48,310 nucleotides of DNA, from NCBI GenBank assembly GCA_964433705.1, contig CAYSSH010000001.1, positions 1 through 48,310 of the forward strand, written 5' to 3'. The position numbers and the translations under genes are program-made. This DNA is from an uncultured Candidatus Saccharibacteria bacterium (GTDB lineage Bacteria > Patescibacteriota > Saccharimonadia > Saccharimonadales > Saccharimonadaceae). Within the stretch, counting starts at the first letter, position 1. Each line of letters opens with the position of its first letter. The notes below the pieces were generated by a model. The model was not told where the DNA came from and did no database searches. It worked only from the letters and a program-made list of their open reading frames with translations. Shown in pieces: positions 1 to 9,377 of this stretch.

Positions 1-26
1 AGCAAATCATGAAAAAAGCACGAGAA

Positions 27-76
27 ATGTCTTCCTTGTAGATTGTTAATGCCTGAACAATTCGCCCCGCCACCAG
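27..76 (+). repeat. Intergenic ~40-50 bp repeat, copy 1 (candidate recombination or operator site)
   Basis: ATGTCTTCCTTGTAGATTGTTAATGCCTGAACAATTCGCC; contains inverted core ATTGTT-N8-AACAAT; similar copies at 826, 1069, 1488, 38204. Confidence 0.85.
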
Positions 77-108
77 ATTTTATATAACTCGGCAATTTAG
101 CCGATTTT

Positions 109-768
109 TTAGAATTCAGAAAAGGCATCCTCTTTTGTCATCTCATTTAAGGCAGTACTTTGCAATAGCTCAAGATTATTGCCAGACAACACATATGAAT
201 AGTCATAGCCATTAAGCGTAGTTATTAGCGCTGAACAACTCGTACGACAATTTTCAAAATCAATCTCCCCCGCTTTACTCCTCACAATTTGTAACAAGTT
301 ATTGCTATTCCAATCCATTTGTTGTCCATATGAATACGCAGATGCGTAATCAGTAATCTCTAAATAATCAAAATAATCATTGCTACTAAAAATATAGCCA
401 ACCTTACCAATTAAACTTTCTGGTATTTTTATTTTTACTCCCCACTCCCCAATATAGATATAATCTTTCGAATTGCCATCAACAATGGTATCTATTATTG
501 TTGCTACCGTTCCGTCATTAGCACTGGTTTCAATTTCAGGTGTTTTAATTGTAGTAATTGTTTCATCATTTTCTTTTATCTGAACTTTCAGATCAGAAAT
601 CTGACTATCCTTTTGTGAACTTTGTATCATACCATAAACGCCAAACCCAATACCACAAACCGCCACAATACACGCAATCGCAGTCGCAATTTTTAAACCA
701 TTTCCACTTTTTTGCTTATTGTCTATTACTGGCGTCATTTGCGCTCCAGTATCAACATTTTGTTCCAT
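109..768 (-). CDS. Single-pass membrane-anchored surface protein (N-terminal TM + coiled coil + variable C-terminal domain)
   Basis: 219-aa ORF, TM IATAIACIVAVCGIGFGVYGMI, SD AGAAAGGA, TGCTATAAT promoter upstream; N-terminus resembles ORF 35859-36671. Confidence 0.8.
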   Translation of the reverse strand: MEQNVDTGAQMTPVIDNKQKSGNGLKIATAIACIVAVCGIGFGVYGMIQSSQKDSQISDLKVQIKENDETITTIKTPEIETSANDGTVATIIDTIVDGNSKDYIYIGEWGVKIKIPESLIGKVGYIFSSNDYFDYLEITDYASAYSYGQQMDWNSNNLLQIVRSKAGEIDFENCRTSCSALITTLNGYDYSYVLSGNNLELLQSTALNEMTKEDAFSEF

Positions 769-825
769 TGAATTCCTTTCTGTAATATTTATGCTTCTAT
801 TATAGCATGGTTTAACTTATCCCAA

Positions 826-877
826 ATATCTTCCTTGTAAATTGTTAATATCTGCCAAATTCGCCTCTATTTACCAG
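826..877 (+). repeat. Intergenic repeat copy 2
   Basis: ATATCTTCCTTGTAAATTGTTAATATCTGCCAAATTCGCC. Confidence 0.85.
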
Positions 878-915
878 TGTCGACAAGAGATAACCTCTAT
901 GATAAAATATAGAGA

Positions 916-996
916 ATGAAAAGTAAAAATATCAAGCGAGGTAGAGTCGTCACGCCAGCAGACGCAAATCCGTGGCCACACGAACAGAAGGTATAA
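916..996 (+). pseudogene. Truncated gene remnant MKSKNIKRGRVVTPADANPWPHEQKV*
   Basis: 26-codon ORF just after TGATAAAAT -10 element and followed by a terminator hairpin; lies between repeat copies 2 and 3. Confidence 0.5.
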
Positions 997-1015
997 AATC
1001 ACCAATTACCGATAT

Positions 1016-1040
1016 GCTCCTACCGCAGGAGCTTCTTTTT
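1016..1040 (+). terminator. Intrinsic terminator
   Basis: GCTCCT-ACCGC-AGGAGC followed by TTCTTTTT. Confidence 0.6.
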
Positions 1041-1068
1041 ATAGTATTCAAGCAATCTAGCTCCATTC

Positions 1069-1100
1069 TCTTCCTTGTAGATTGTTAATACCTGAGCAAT
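1069..1100 (+). repeat. Intergenic repeat copy 3
   Basis: TCTTCCTTGTAGATTGTTAATACCTGAGCAAT. Confidence 0.85.
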
Positions 1101-1122
1101 ATACTCATTAATCTATGTGTCT

Positions 1123-1377
1123 TTATTTTTGGCACTGGTTTACGCTCTCTATTTCTTGAAGTTCAAAGCGATATTTTTGTTTTGCATTAGGGCATTTCCC
1201 GCTTTCGACTTCAGAGATAAACATGTCATACGGGCGACACCACAAACGGGAATCTCCATATAATGCACGATATGCCACCATTTTTTCCTTGGTCTCGGAA
1301 TGATAAATTATGTCCTCTACCAAATAAAGATCGCCCTTATAATGTTTATATATACCATGAATCTTGACTTGTCGCAT
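1123..1377 (-). CDS. DUF1653 domain protein
   Basis: Motifs GIYKHYKG, HSET, VAYRALYG, WCRPYDMF, YRFE typical of DUF1653. Confidence 0.85.
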   Translation of the reverse strand: MRQVKIHGIYKHYKGDLYLVEDIIYHSETKEKMVAYRALYGDSRLWCRPYDMFISEVESGKCPNAKQKYRFELQEIESVNQCQK

Positions 1378-1487
1378 TGCCTATACTCCTATTATCTACT
1401 ATCATACCATATTTTCGTGTTATAATAATGATATGTCTAAATAATCTCGATATTTTTTAGATAAGCACGAAACTGTTTTAGCCCGAC

Positions 1488-1510
1488 CTGTTAATACCCT
1501 AAACAATTAG
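1488..1510 (+). repeat. Partial intergenic repeat copy 4 (core and right arm only)
   Basis: CTGTTAATACCCTAAACAATTAG. Confidence 0.5.
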
Positions 1511-1536
1511 GTCTTATTCCGAATTTATTAGAAGCA

Positions 1537-3288
1537 TTACTTCAAAACGCCGTTTTTCATATCTTGGAAAATACCTGGTACATCAGAAAGTTGATCAAAA
1601 GTGCCACGTTGGACAATTTTGCCTTTATCTATCACAATGATCTCATCACAATTCTGTAAAGTGGTTAATCTATGTGCAATAGATATAATTGTGGTACCAT
1701 ACTCTGACTTAAGCTTTTCTATCTCTTTTTGGATGTGTTTTTCCGAAGTATTATCAAGTGCGGAAGTAGCTTCATCTAGAATTAAAATCTTTGGTTTACG
1801 CAGGAAAATACGTGCAAGTGCAATACGCTGACGTTGTCCGCCCGACAAGTTCCTGCCTCCTTCTGAAATTACAAAATCATACTTTTTCGGTAAATTGTTA
1901 ATCGTATCTTCAAGATTTGCGCTTCTGGCGGCCGCCGAAATTGCCTCTGGAGAAATTTTTTCTTCTAAGCCATAGGTAATATTCTCGGCGATCGTCCCAG
2001 CAACCAAAAATGGAGTTTGTGGAACTAACGCAATGGACCTAGCGATTTCGGAACGGCTTAATTGTCCAATTTCGATACCACCAATTTTTATCATGCCATC
2101 GGCCTGCTCCAATTTATCTATGATTTTTATAAGAGTTGATTTGCCACAACCGCTAGGTCCAACCACGCCGATAAACTTTCCCTTATCTATTTCAAGATTT
2201 ATGTCATTTAGTATCTTCTTATTTGGCTCCTCATCATAACCCATCGAGACATCTCTAAGCAAAATGTTATTATTAATAATTTCATCATAATATTTGTCGC
2301 CTGTGGCATAAGAAAAATCTTTCGGTAAGTATGCAATCCTAAAATAGTCATCCGCCAAAACTTTACATTCCGATAATTCATCTAGGATTCTATGTAGCTC
2401 TCGAAGCGGTGCGGTTAGCTGAGTAAAACATAAATAAACAGTCAAAATGGATCCTACCGCAATGATACCATTTGAGGCAAGTACTACGGAAATAGCGATA
2501 ACTAGAACAGTAAAAACAGCTTCATTAATAAACTTAGCGCAATCATAAAATGCCATAGATTTATGATGTTCCATCTCTCTTGCGCGCAAAACGCTCGATT
2601 TATTCTCCACGCGTGACACTTCCATATCGACACTATTTAGAGAGCGAATCGTTTCGATGCCACCAAGAAGTTCCACCATAGTTCCATCCATTTCGGCTTT
2701 TTGCTCCATTAGATCAACGCGTATGCCACGCTGAGTCTTAATTTGCCTCCAAACAATAAAAAGACCGACAGGGATAACTGCAATGACGAGAAGCGCAATT
2801 AGTGGTGGGAGTTGCGAAAAAATTACGACAATTGCAGCAACTCCTGTAGCTATAGCAGGAGCAAAATCCATAAACACCAGTTTTACTAACTTTGATACCC
2901 CCTCTATGCTACGATTAAGACGCCCATGAATATTGCCAGTCATATGTTTGCGAAAGTAAGATAAAGGAGCCATCATTAGAGCACTAGATGCTTTTACTCT
3001 TGCCCTAAGCTCTACCTTTGTAGCAACACCTTCGACCATCAGCCGCCTAATTACTTTTATGATTTCATTCGAGACGGTGACTATTAAAATAACCAACAAA
3101 ATCGGTATAACTGCTGCAAAAACTATCTCATCTTGAGCTAAAACTTGATCGGTAAGATAGCCAATAGCTAGTGGGGTGATTTGGCTAAGTATCGCCGATA
3201 TCCCAAGAAGAAGCAGAACTAACAAAAAACTAATTTTTTGTTTTTTGTCTAAAATATCATATATTTTTCTAAACAACGATCTTTTCAT
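1537..3288 (-). CDS. ABC exporter, fused permease/ATPase (MsbA/MdlB type)
   Basis: N-terminal TM helices; Walker A GPSGCGKST, signature LSGGQRQR, Walker B ILILDEATSALD, AHRL. Confidence 0.95.
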   Translation of the reverse strand: MKRSLFRKIYDILDKKQKISFLLVLLLLGISAILSQITPLAIGYLTDQVLAQDEIVFAAVIPILLVILIVTVSNEIIKVIRRLMVEGVATKVELRARVKASSALMMAPLSYFRKHMTGNIHGRLNRSIEGVSKLVKLVFMDFAPAIATGVAAIVVIFSQLPPLIALLVIAVIPVGLFIVWRQIKTQRGIRVDLMEQKAEMDGTMVELLGGIETIRSLNSVDMEVSRVENKSSVLRAREMEHHKSMAFYDCAKFINEAVFTVLVIAISVVLASNGIIAVGSILTVYLCFTQLTAPLRELHRILDELSECKVLADDYFRIAYLPKDFSYATGDKYYDEIINNNILLRDVSMGYDEEPNKKILNDINLEIDKGKFIGVVGPSGCGKSTLIKIIDKLEQADGMIKIGGIEIGQLSRSEIARSIALVPQTPFLVAGTIAENITYGLEEKISPEAISAAARSANLEDTINNLPKKYDFVISEGGRNLSGGQRQRIALARIFLRKPKILILDEATSALDNTSEKHIQKEIEKLKSEYGTTIISIAHRLTTLQNCDEIIVIDKGKIVQRGTFDQLSDVPGIFQDMKNGVLK

Positions 3289-3378
3289 ATATCTATTATA
3301 GCATGAGAGCTAAAACGCCAAAAATGGCATTTTTTTGAAATATTTTTATTTTTTGTGGTATAATATAGATAGGTGAGC

Positions 3379-3421
3379 AAAAATCAGCCTACGTTACCCC
3401 CCTAACGCAGGCTGATTTTTG
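3379..3421 (-). terminator. Intrinsic terminator hairpin downstream of oxidoreductase gene
   Basis: CAAAAATCAGCCT...AGGCTGATTTTTG long stem; the A/C mismatch becomes G-U on the minus strand. Confidence 0.75.
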
Positions 3422-3430
3422 TATTAGCCT

Positions 3431-4816
3431 CTATTTTCTTCTTCCTTTTGGTCCCTCGACTAATTTCTTCGCCGCGAGCTTTACCGCATAGTTCCAACTA
3501 TTAATCATGTGTGGCGTTGACGCAATTTCGAGCGCCGTCAAATGATGGCGAATTGCAATCGACAATTCCTGGGCCATCAACGCCGCATTCGGTGCCACAA
3601 TCGTTGCACCTACAATCCGCCCCGTTGTATCAGCCAAAATTTTCACAAAACCATGTTCTAACCGCTCGGTCCTACTCGCCGGAATGTCCTTTAGTGGCAC
3701 AATCGCCCGCGCATACTTACGTTTGCGTTTATTCAAATCATTTTCATTAAGTCCAACAGTCGCAACTTCTGGATAAGTACTTACCACCCGAATAAATCCG
3801 CTCCGGCTGATCAAATTCTTCGCCCGACTCATAATATTGACCGCCAGTACCGAAGCCTCATATTCAGACCGTTCAGTCGATGAATCACCCCCAATACAAT
3901 CCCCCAACGCATAGATATTCTTTGCCGAAGTATGGAATAACTTGTCAACAACAATCCCAGATCGCTTGTATTTCACACCAGCATTCTCAAGCCCCAAATC
4001 CGTATTTGCTTCGGATCCAGTCGCAAGTACGATACAGTCAACATTCACCATTTTTTCCTGACCAGCCGTCCTAAAAATCACCGTCTTCACATTGCCTTTT
4101 TGCTCCACCGCCACAACCTCAGAATTTGGAATTACCATTATTCCAAGTTTATTCGTGAAGTAATCAGTTAAAAGTGCCGCCACTTCCTTATCTTCGCGAG
4201 GTAAAATATGCGTAGATTTTTCCATAATCAAAGTTCGCGCTCCGAGTTCTGCAAAATATTCCGCAATTTCGCACCCTGTCGCCCCACCCCCAATAATAAA
4301 TACAAATTTAGGCAAACGCCTTACCTTGATCGCGCTATCCGGCGTCAAGAAGCTCACTTTATCTAGACCTTGAATTTCGCTCGTTATTAGTCTGGATCCA
4401 GTCGCAAGAACGAAATAACCGCCAGTTATTTGTTGGTCGCCCACCGCAATCGTATGATTATCCAAAAAATGTGCAAACCCATCAATACAGGTTATGCCAG
4501 CCTCTTCGTAAATTTTCTTACTGCCACCGCCCAGCAAAGAAACGATATGCTGTTGATGCGCCACTACGGTTGGGAAATTATATCTTAGTTCTCGGCTGTT
4601 AATTTCCGGATACGCTGAAAGTTTCGCATACGCATGTGCGAATCCAAGACTTACCGCGTATGGCACATCGCGATAATTCAAATTATTCCCACCATAACTA
4701 TCGCCTTCTACAATTGCCACGCGCAGCTTCTTATTCTTCGCTAGCGTCAAAGCCACTGTCGTCCCAGCTGGCCCACTCCCAATAATAATATAGTCAAAAT
4801 TGTATTTCTTTCCCAT
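3431..4816 (-). CDS. Class I pyridine nucleotide-disulfide oxidoreductase family protein (Lpd/MerA-like), lacking the redox cysteines
   Basis: IIIGSGPAG FAD motif, IGGGATGCE NAD motif, TSAKNIYALGD, C-terminal dimerisation domain; GGNNLNYRDVP replaces GGTCLNxGCIP. Confidence 0.85.
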   Translation of the reverse strand: MGKKYNFDYIIIGSGPAGTTVALTLAKNKKLRVAIVEGDSYGGNNLNYRDVPYAVSLGFAHAYAKLSAYPEINSRELRYNFPTVVAHQQHIVSLLGGGSKKIYEEAGITCIDGFAHFLDNHTIAVGDQQITGGYFVLATGSRLITSEIQGLDKVSFLTPDSAIKVRRLPKFVFIIGGGATGCEIAEYFAELGARTLIMEKSTHILPREDKEVAALLTDYFTNKLGIMVIPNSEVVAVEQKGNVKTVIFRTAGQEKMVNVDCIVLATGSEANTDLGLENAGVKYKRSGIVVDKLFHTSAKNIYALGDCIGGDSSTERSEYEASVLAVNIMSRAKNLISRSGFIRVVSTYPEVATVGLNENDLNKRKRKYARAIVPLKDIPASRTERLEHGFVKILADTTGRIVGATIVAPNAALMAQELSIAIRHHLTALEIASTPHMINSWNYAVKLAAKKLVEGPKGRRK

Positions 4817-4828
4817 CCTTTTGTACCT

Positions 4829-5068
4829 TTATATTATTATATCATAGTTTTCATAAACATAAGCAAAATCTTTATTATATTTTTTTAATTCTTTAACTAC
4901 TCTGCGCTTAATATCATCTACTGTAATGATTTTTCTTCCAACTAAATCCTTGTAAACCGCATCGAGCGTTATTTTAATAAATTCATCCGCCGCCGCTTCG
5001 GGTATTCTTAGCCCACGCGCTTGAAACTCCAATTCCTTTCTTATTTTTTTTATCGCCTCATCCATCAT
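4829..5068 (-). CDS. Hypothetical protein
   Basis: Short ORF; ATG at 5068 overlaps the upstream stop codon (ATGA coupling). Confidence 0.7.
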   Translation of the reverse strand: MMDEAIKKIRKELEFQARGLRIPEAAADEFIKITLDAVYKDLVGRKIITVDDIKRRVVKELKKYNKDFAYVYENYDIII

Positions 5069-5772
5069 TTTGCCCCCATCCACATTAGTATTCCCGCCAC
5101 TGCTAAATACCCGCAGGGAATCACAACCATTAGGACTGGTTTCATTTTTACCCTCATTTTTTGAATATCGACCAGATTTTGTCCTGCTCGAAACATAAAT
5201 CTAATCACAAAAAGTGGCAACACCATCGCCAATATGCCTAAAATAATCACTATGGCCCTCACTATATTTGTCGTATAAAGTAGCACCACATTAGCCACCA
5301 CAAATAACGGCAAACTAAAAATTAGTTCTGGCACTCCCGCAAAAAATCCTACTGCCACCGCTTCGCGTTGATTTTTCACCATCCGTATCTCCGCCTGCGT
5401 TTTTCTTACATATCTCCTCGGCACAAACAGCGCCGTAGAATTTTTTGGCATTTTCTTACGATAATAAACCAAAATCACTAAAACCGATTCCACTGCGACA
5501 ATTCCTGCCAAAATCCACCACAATAAACTTTCTTGAACCTGCCCCACATTGTAAAAAATCACAAATAATACAAAATAGCAAATCAGCCAAACTGCTGTTG
5601 CAAAAAACTCTACACCAAGCGTAAACCATAAACTTAAGTTATCTGCCTTTTTGCTGCTGTTTTTACCAAGAGCGGAATGATAAAAAATCGCAAAAGTACC
5701 CGGTATTAGTTGTAAAACCATCAAAATAAGCAATACCAGAATTAATACAATAACAGAGGGCACAACGCTCAT
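5065..5772 (-). CDS. Integral membrane protein (about 6 TM)
   Basis: 235-aa hydrophobic ORF; TGATATAAT just upstream of ATG. Confidence 0.8.
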   Translation of the reverse strand: MSVVPSVIVLILVLLILMVLQLIPGTFAIFYHSALGKNSSKKADNLSLWFTLGVEFFATAVWLICYFVLFVIFYNVGQVQESLLWWILAGIVAVESVLVILVYYRKKMPKNSTALFVPRRYVRKTQAEIRMVKNQREAVAVGFFAGVPELIFSLPLFVVANVVLLYTTNIVRAIVIILGILAMVLPLFVIRFMFRAGQNLVDIQKMRVKMKPVLMVVIPCGYLAVAGILMWMGAK

Positions 5773-5843
5773 GTTTATATTATATCACACAATTTTTAGG
5801 TGGGGGCTTGTTTTTTATTTTGAAGTGTGCTAATGTCCGCAGT

Positions 5844-7442
5844 ATGAAAAAAATATTCTATTTTACTATCATGCTTTTCTTAACAGTTTTTACTATATCT
5901 GATCCGTTTTCTGCCGCCATGGCGACTGACATAGTCGAAGATGCGACCGATGCTACTGTTACGACACCAGAAATTCATGACAGCGTTCCAGAACTTTACA
6001 TTAAGGCAGTTAATCCAGGCTACGGTAAACAAAATGAAGGAGAAATGATTGAACTCGCCCGACGTATTTCGCCATCTTCTGATTCGGGCGCCACTTTATT
6101 TTCGCTCGCCGGCGTATCTGTGCGCTATACAATATCAAGCGGGAATCAGCCAGTTCTGGTCAAGTTTCCCGAGAACAGTTATATGGCTGGCGAGTCCATC
6201 ATCCTTCGTTTAGCCAGCTCGCCGGATCACGAGCTGGCGGCGGTTACTTATACAAAAACCATTGCGTTAGACAAGAGTATCGATTTAATAAAAGACGACG
6301 AAATAGTTGATTCACTTTGTTGGACAAATAAAGATGGCTGCTATCCAAAATTTAAATCAGACTCGCCCACTACACTTGTTCGTGACATAACGACCAATCA
6401 GTTCTTTTCAGACCCTAATTATTTACCAATCTTCATCCCGGAAAACTACGTCATCCAAGACCCCACCCTAGATTCTGACATTTTAGGCAGTGGCGCCACC
6501 GACACTACGCCGGATGCAATTGAGCCAAATGACTCTATCGCCGTTCTTGACCCAGTAACCATCTCAGACTCTGCCGCCGCTCTTACTCCATCAAACATTC
6601 AAGAATTAGCCCCAAACGACGATTCGGGTGCTTCCGTCCCGCAAAATACCATAAAACCTGCTCATTGTCAAGGTCTAGTTTTTTCCGAAATTTTGAGTTA
6701 CTATGCTGAACTCCAATCCGAACAATTTATTGAACTCCATAACTCCAATTCCGAACAAATTTTATTGGATGGTTGCGCCATCCGCTATAAAAATAAAGCC
6801 TACCCGCTGTCCGGAATTATTAAACCAGAAGAGTATTATGTCTATCAGCCGTCAGATTTTAAACTCACCAAAAACCCTACCACATCCAATTTACTAGAAA
6901 TCCTCGACTCCGATGGCACTATAGCTGACACCTTAGAATATTTAAACGGTCAGAAAAAGGGAACTGCTTGGGCTTTTATTGGCTATGACGAAAAAGGTGA
7001 GCCAATTTGGCGTACAACCTACTTAGCCACTCCAGGCGCTCCAAATATCTATCAAGAATACAAAACTTGCGAATCCGGCAAGGTGATCAATGCAGCCACA
7101 GGAAATTGCGTCAAGGTAACAGAAGTCACGCAGAAAACCTGCGCTGCTGACCAATATCTAAATCCATTAACCGGTCGTTGTAACAAACTTCCCACGTCCT
7201 CGACTCCTACTGAATGTAAAGATGGTTATGTTCTAAATCCCGACACTGGCCGTTGTAATAAAATCAAAGAAAACAACGGCGCCGATTATTCATTAATTAC
7301 AGAAACCTACGAAGAAAGTTCTTCCTTTGTCGCACTCTCAGCTATCCTTGGCGTCGTCGTAGCCGGCATAGTTTTTCTGATTTTTGAGTTTAGGCATGAG
7401 CTTGTAAGGCTTTGGCGTAGAGTTGTTCAACGATTTCATTAA
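5844..7442 (+). CDS. Secreted, C-terminally anchored lamin-tail-domain-like protein with Cys repeats
   Basis: Signal peptide MKKIFYF...; FSEIL...EQFIELHN motif; three CxxGxxxNPxTGRC-like repeats; C-terminal TM. Start moved to ATG 5844. Confidence 0.75.
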   Translation: MKKIFYFTIMLFLTVFTISDPFSAAMATDIVEDATDATVTTPEIHDSVPELYIKAVNPGYGKQNEGEMIELARRISPSSDSGATLFSLAGVSVRYTISSGNQPVLVKFPENSYMAGESIILRLASSPDHELAAVTYTKTIALDKSIDLIKDDEIVDSLCWTNKDGCYPKFKSDSPTTLVRDITTNQFFSDPNYLPIFIPENYVIQDPTLDSDILGSGATDTTPDAIEPNDSIAVLDPVTISDSAAALTPSNIQELAPNDDSGASVPQNTIKPAHCQGLVFSEILSYYAELQSEQFIELHNSNSEQILLDGCAIRYKNKAYPLSGIIKPEEYYVYQPSDFKLTKNPTTSNLLEILDSDGTIADTLEYLNGQKKGTAWAFIGYDEKGEPIWRTTYLATPGAPNIYQEYKTCESGKVINAATGNCVKVTEVTQKTCAADQYLNPLTGRCNKLPTSSTPTECKDGYVLNPDTGRCNKIKENNGADYSLITETYEESSSFVALSAILGVVVAGIVFLIFEFRHELVRLWRRVVQRFH

Positions 7443-8013
7443 ATACCGCTTCGCGCGTTTGGTCGCCGTTCACATTAATGAGCAACCCAAGTTGTTTGTA
7501 GTGCTCAATTACCGGAATTGTTTTTTCTCTAAATTCCGTTAATCTGGTTCGAAAGGCTTCAATTGAGCGGTCGTCCTTTCGCTCACCGCGGTCGTTTAAT
7601 ATCTTGGCTGCTTGCCAGCGCCCCTCCACATCCGCCTCGGAAATGTTTAGTAAAATCACCGCTTTGATTTCATGGTTGGCACTTCTAGCCGCCTCCATTA
7701 CTGCATCTTCTTCACCCGACCACCGTCCAATTGATGACAAAACCAGCGGCACTGTCGCCACGTCCTCTCGTCCAAAATACGGTAATACCCATTCATAAAA
7801 CACATCTGTAGGTATTAAATTGCCTTTACCAGAATAGTCTTTATGTGCCTCTGCTTCTTTCGCCCGAATAATCATCCCAGACGACAAAAGCTTTGCTCCT
7901 AGTAGTTTCGCAAGCATTACTCCTTGCGTATCTTTTCCAGACATTGGCAACCCAAAAACATTTATCGACCCCGTACCGAGCCATTCTTTAATAACTCTAC
8001 TCTTTTCTTCCAT
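7390..8013 (-). CDS. adk: Adenylate/nucleoside monophosphate kinase
   Basis: P-loop [21 protein letters not shown], short LID; start moved to ATG 8013 after TGGTATAAT. Confidence 0.75.
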   Translation of the reverse strand: MEEKSRVIKEWLGTGSINVFGLPMSGKDTQGVMLAKLLGAKLLSSGMIIRAKEAEAHKDYSGKGNLIPTDVFYEWVLPYFGREDVATVPLVLSSIGRWSGEEDAVMEAARSANHEIKAVILLNISEADVEGRWQAAKILNDRGERKDDRSIEAFRTRLTEFREKTIPVIEHYKQLGLLINVNGDQTREAVFNEIVEQLYAKALQAHA

Positions 8014-8049
8014 ACCGTAATTATACCACACATCAAAAAGCGAACAAAA

Positions 8050-8076
8050 TTAGCACTCTTGAATTATTGGTGCTAA
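8050..8076 (+). promoter_or_regulatory. CIRCE element (HrcA operator)
   Basis: TTAGCACTC-N9-TGGTGCTAA (consensus TTAGCACTC-N9-GAGTGCTAA) directly upstream of hrcA. Confidence 0.9.
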
Positions 8077-8093
8077 TTATATATAATATATAT

Positions 8094-8819
8094 ATGGATA
8101 TTACAAATCGTCAGAGGGCCATTCTCAGCCAAATCATCGAAGAATATGCTGAAACAGCATCGCCTGTTGGCAGTGTAACGATGGCTAAACTTTTTAACGT
8201 TTCGCCCGCTACTATTCGTGCCGAAATGGCGCGGCTAGAATCCTTGGGTTTAATTGCCCAGCCACATACGTCCGCTGGTCGTGTTCCGACCGACGCCGGC
8301 TACCGTTTTTACGTCAATCATCTAAACGAATCGCCTATACCAGAGCAAGAACCAGTTGACCAAAAATCTCTCGAACGTGGCACACACGCCTTAAAGGTTC
8401 GCATTGCTTCACAATCTCGTGCCGATGCAGCGATTCGTGGCGCTGTTGATTCACTCGTGGAACTTACAGGTAACCTCGGCCTCGCTACGATTGGCGACCA
8501 ACTATATCTTTCCGGCATTTCTCGTCTGTTTACTCAGCCTGAGTTTATGGATAATAGGCGTGTCCAATCCGTTGCCAAACTTCTTGACGAATTAGAACCT
8601 TGGCTTCGTGAAGCCGCCCCCGGTGAGCCACTCAACATCTTTATCGGGCATGAAAACCCTATTGGCAAAAATTCCGAAGTTTCGCTTATTATCTCAAAGT
8701 TCCGCTCGCCTTTTTCGGATCGTAGTTATATTGGTGTGCTCGGACCCACGCGCCAAAATTACCTTCGCGTTACCGCTCTCGTTCGCCACGCCGGTCGTTT
8801 ATTAGAAGAAATATTATAA
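8094..8819 (+). CDS. hrcA: Heat-inducible transcription repressor HrcA (short form)
   Basis: [43 protein letters not shown]; CIRCE upstream. Confidence 0.95.
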   Translation: MDITNRQRAILSQIIEEYAETASPVGSVTMAKLFNVSPATIRAEMARLESLGLIAQPHTSAGRVPTDAGYRFYVNHLNESPIPEQEPVDQKSLERGTHALKVRIASQSRADAAIRGAVDSLVELTGNLGLATIGDQLYLSGISRLFTQPEFMDNRRVQSVAKLLDELEPWLREAAPGEPLNIFIGHENPIGKNSEVSLIISKFRSPFSDRSYIGVLGPTRQNYLRVTALVRHAGRLLEEIL

Positions 8820-8828
8820 GGAGAAATT

Positions 8829-9314
8829 ATGAAAACTTCAAACCCAGAATCAGATCAACAGCCAAACTCGCAGACAGGTCAGCAACCGCCCAAAACCAAT
8901 CCAACGTCAACTCCCGCTGACCTTGAAAAAATTAACGAACTAACCAATGATTTAAAGCGCACTCGTGCGGATTTCGAAAACTATCGTAAACAGACCGAAA
9001 ACCAAAAGGAAAACGAGAAGAAAGCGACTAGACTTTCTACCGTCTACAAATTCCTCGGTCTTTTAGATGATTTGGATCGCGCTTTTGCCGCTTATGATAC
9101 GCTTGCGCCTCTCTCTAAATCACTAGAAAAAACTTTGAAGGAGCTGGGGCTTACGAAGATTCCAACCGACCAAGAATTTAACCCAGATCTTCACGAGGCG
9201 ATCCAATCAACCGGCGAAGGCGAAAAAGAAATCATCGCGGAAGTTTTAAGACCCGGCTATTATTACGAAGGTGAAGTTTTGCGCCCAGCTATGGTTAAAG
9301 TTCAAAAAGTCTGA
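8829..9314 (+). CDS. grpE: Nucleotide exchange factor GrpE
   Basis: RADFENYRK, FNPDLHEAI, GYYYEGEVLRPAMVKV. Confidence 0.95.
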   Translation: MKTSNPESDQQPNSQTGQQPPKTNPTSTPADLEKINELTNDLKRTRADFENYRKQTENQKENEKKATRLSTVYKFLGLLDDLDRAFAAYDTLAPLSKSLEKTLKELGLTKIPTDQEFNPDLHEAIQSTGEGEKEIIAEVLRPGYYYEGEVLRPAMVKVQKV

Positions 9315-9377
9315 CCCTTTACAATTATCAAAATAAGTGATAAAATAATAACTAAATTTAGTAGAAAAGGATAAAAA

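Noticed and set aside
27-1510. CRISPR array or classical integron attC interpretation of the repeat
   Set aside because: Intervals are 200-750 bp and contain genes; no cas or intI in the window; no RYYYAAC...GTTRRRY long hairpin.
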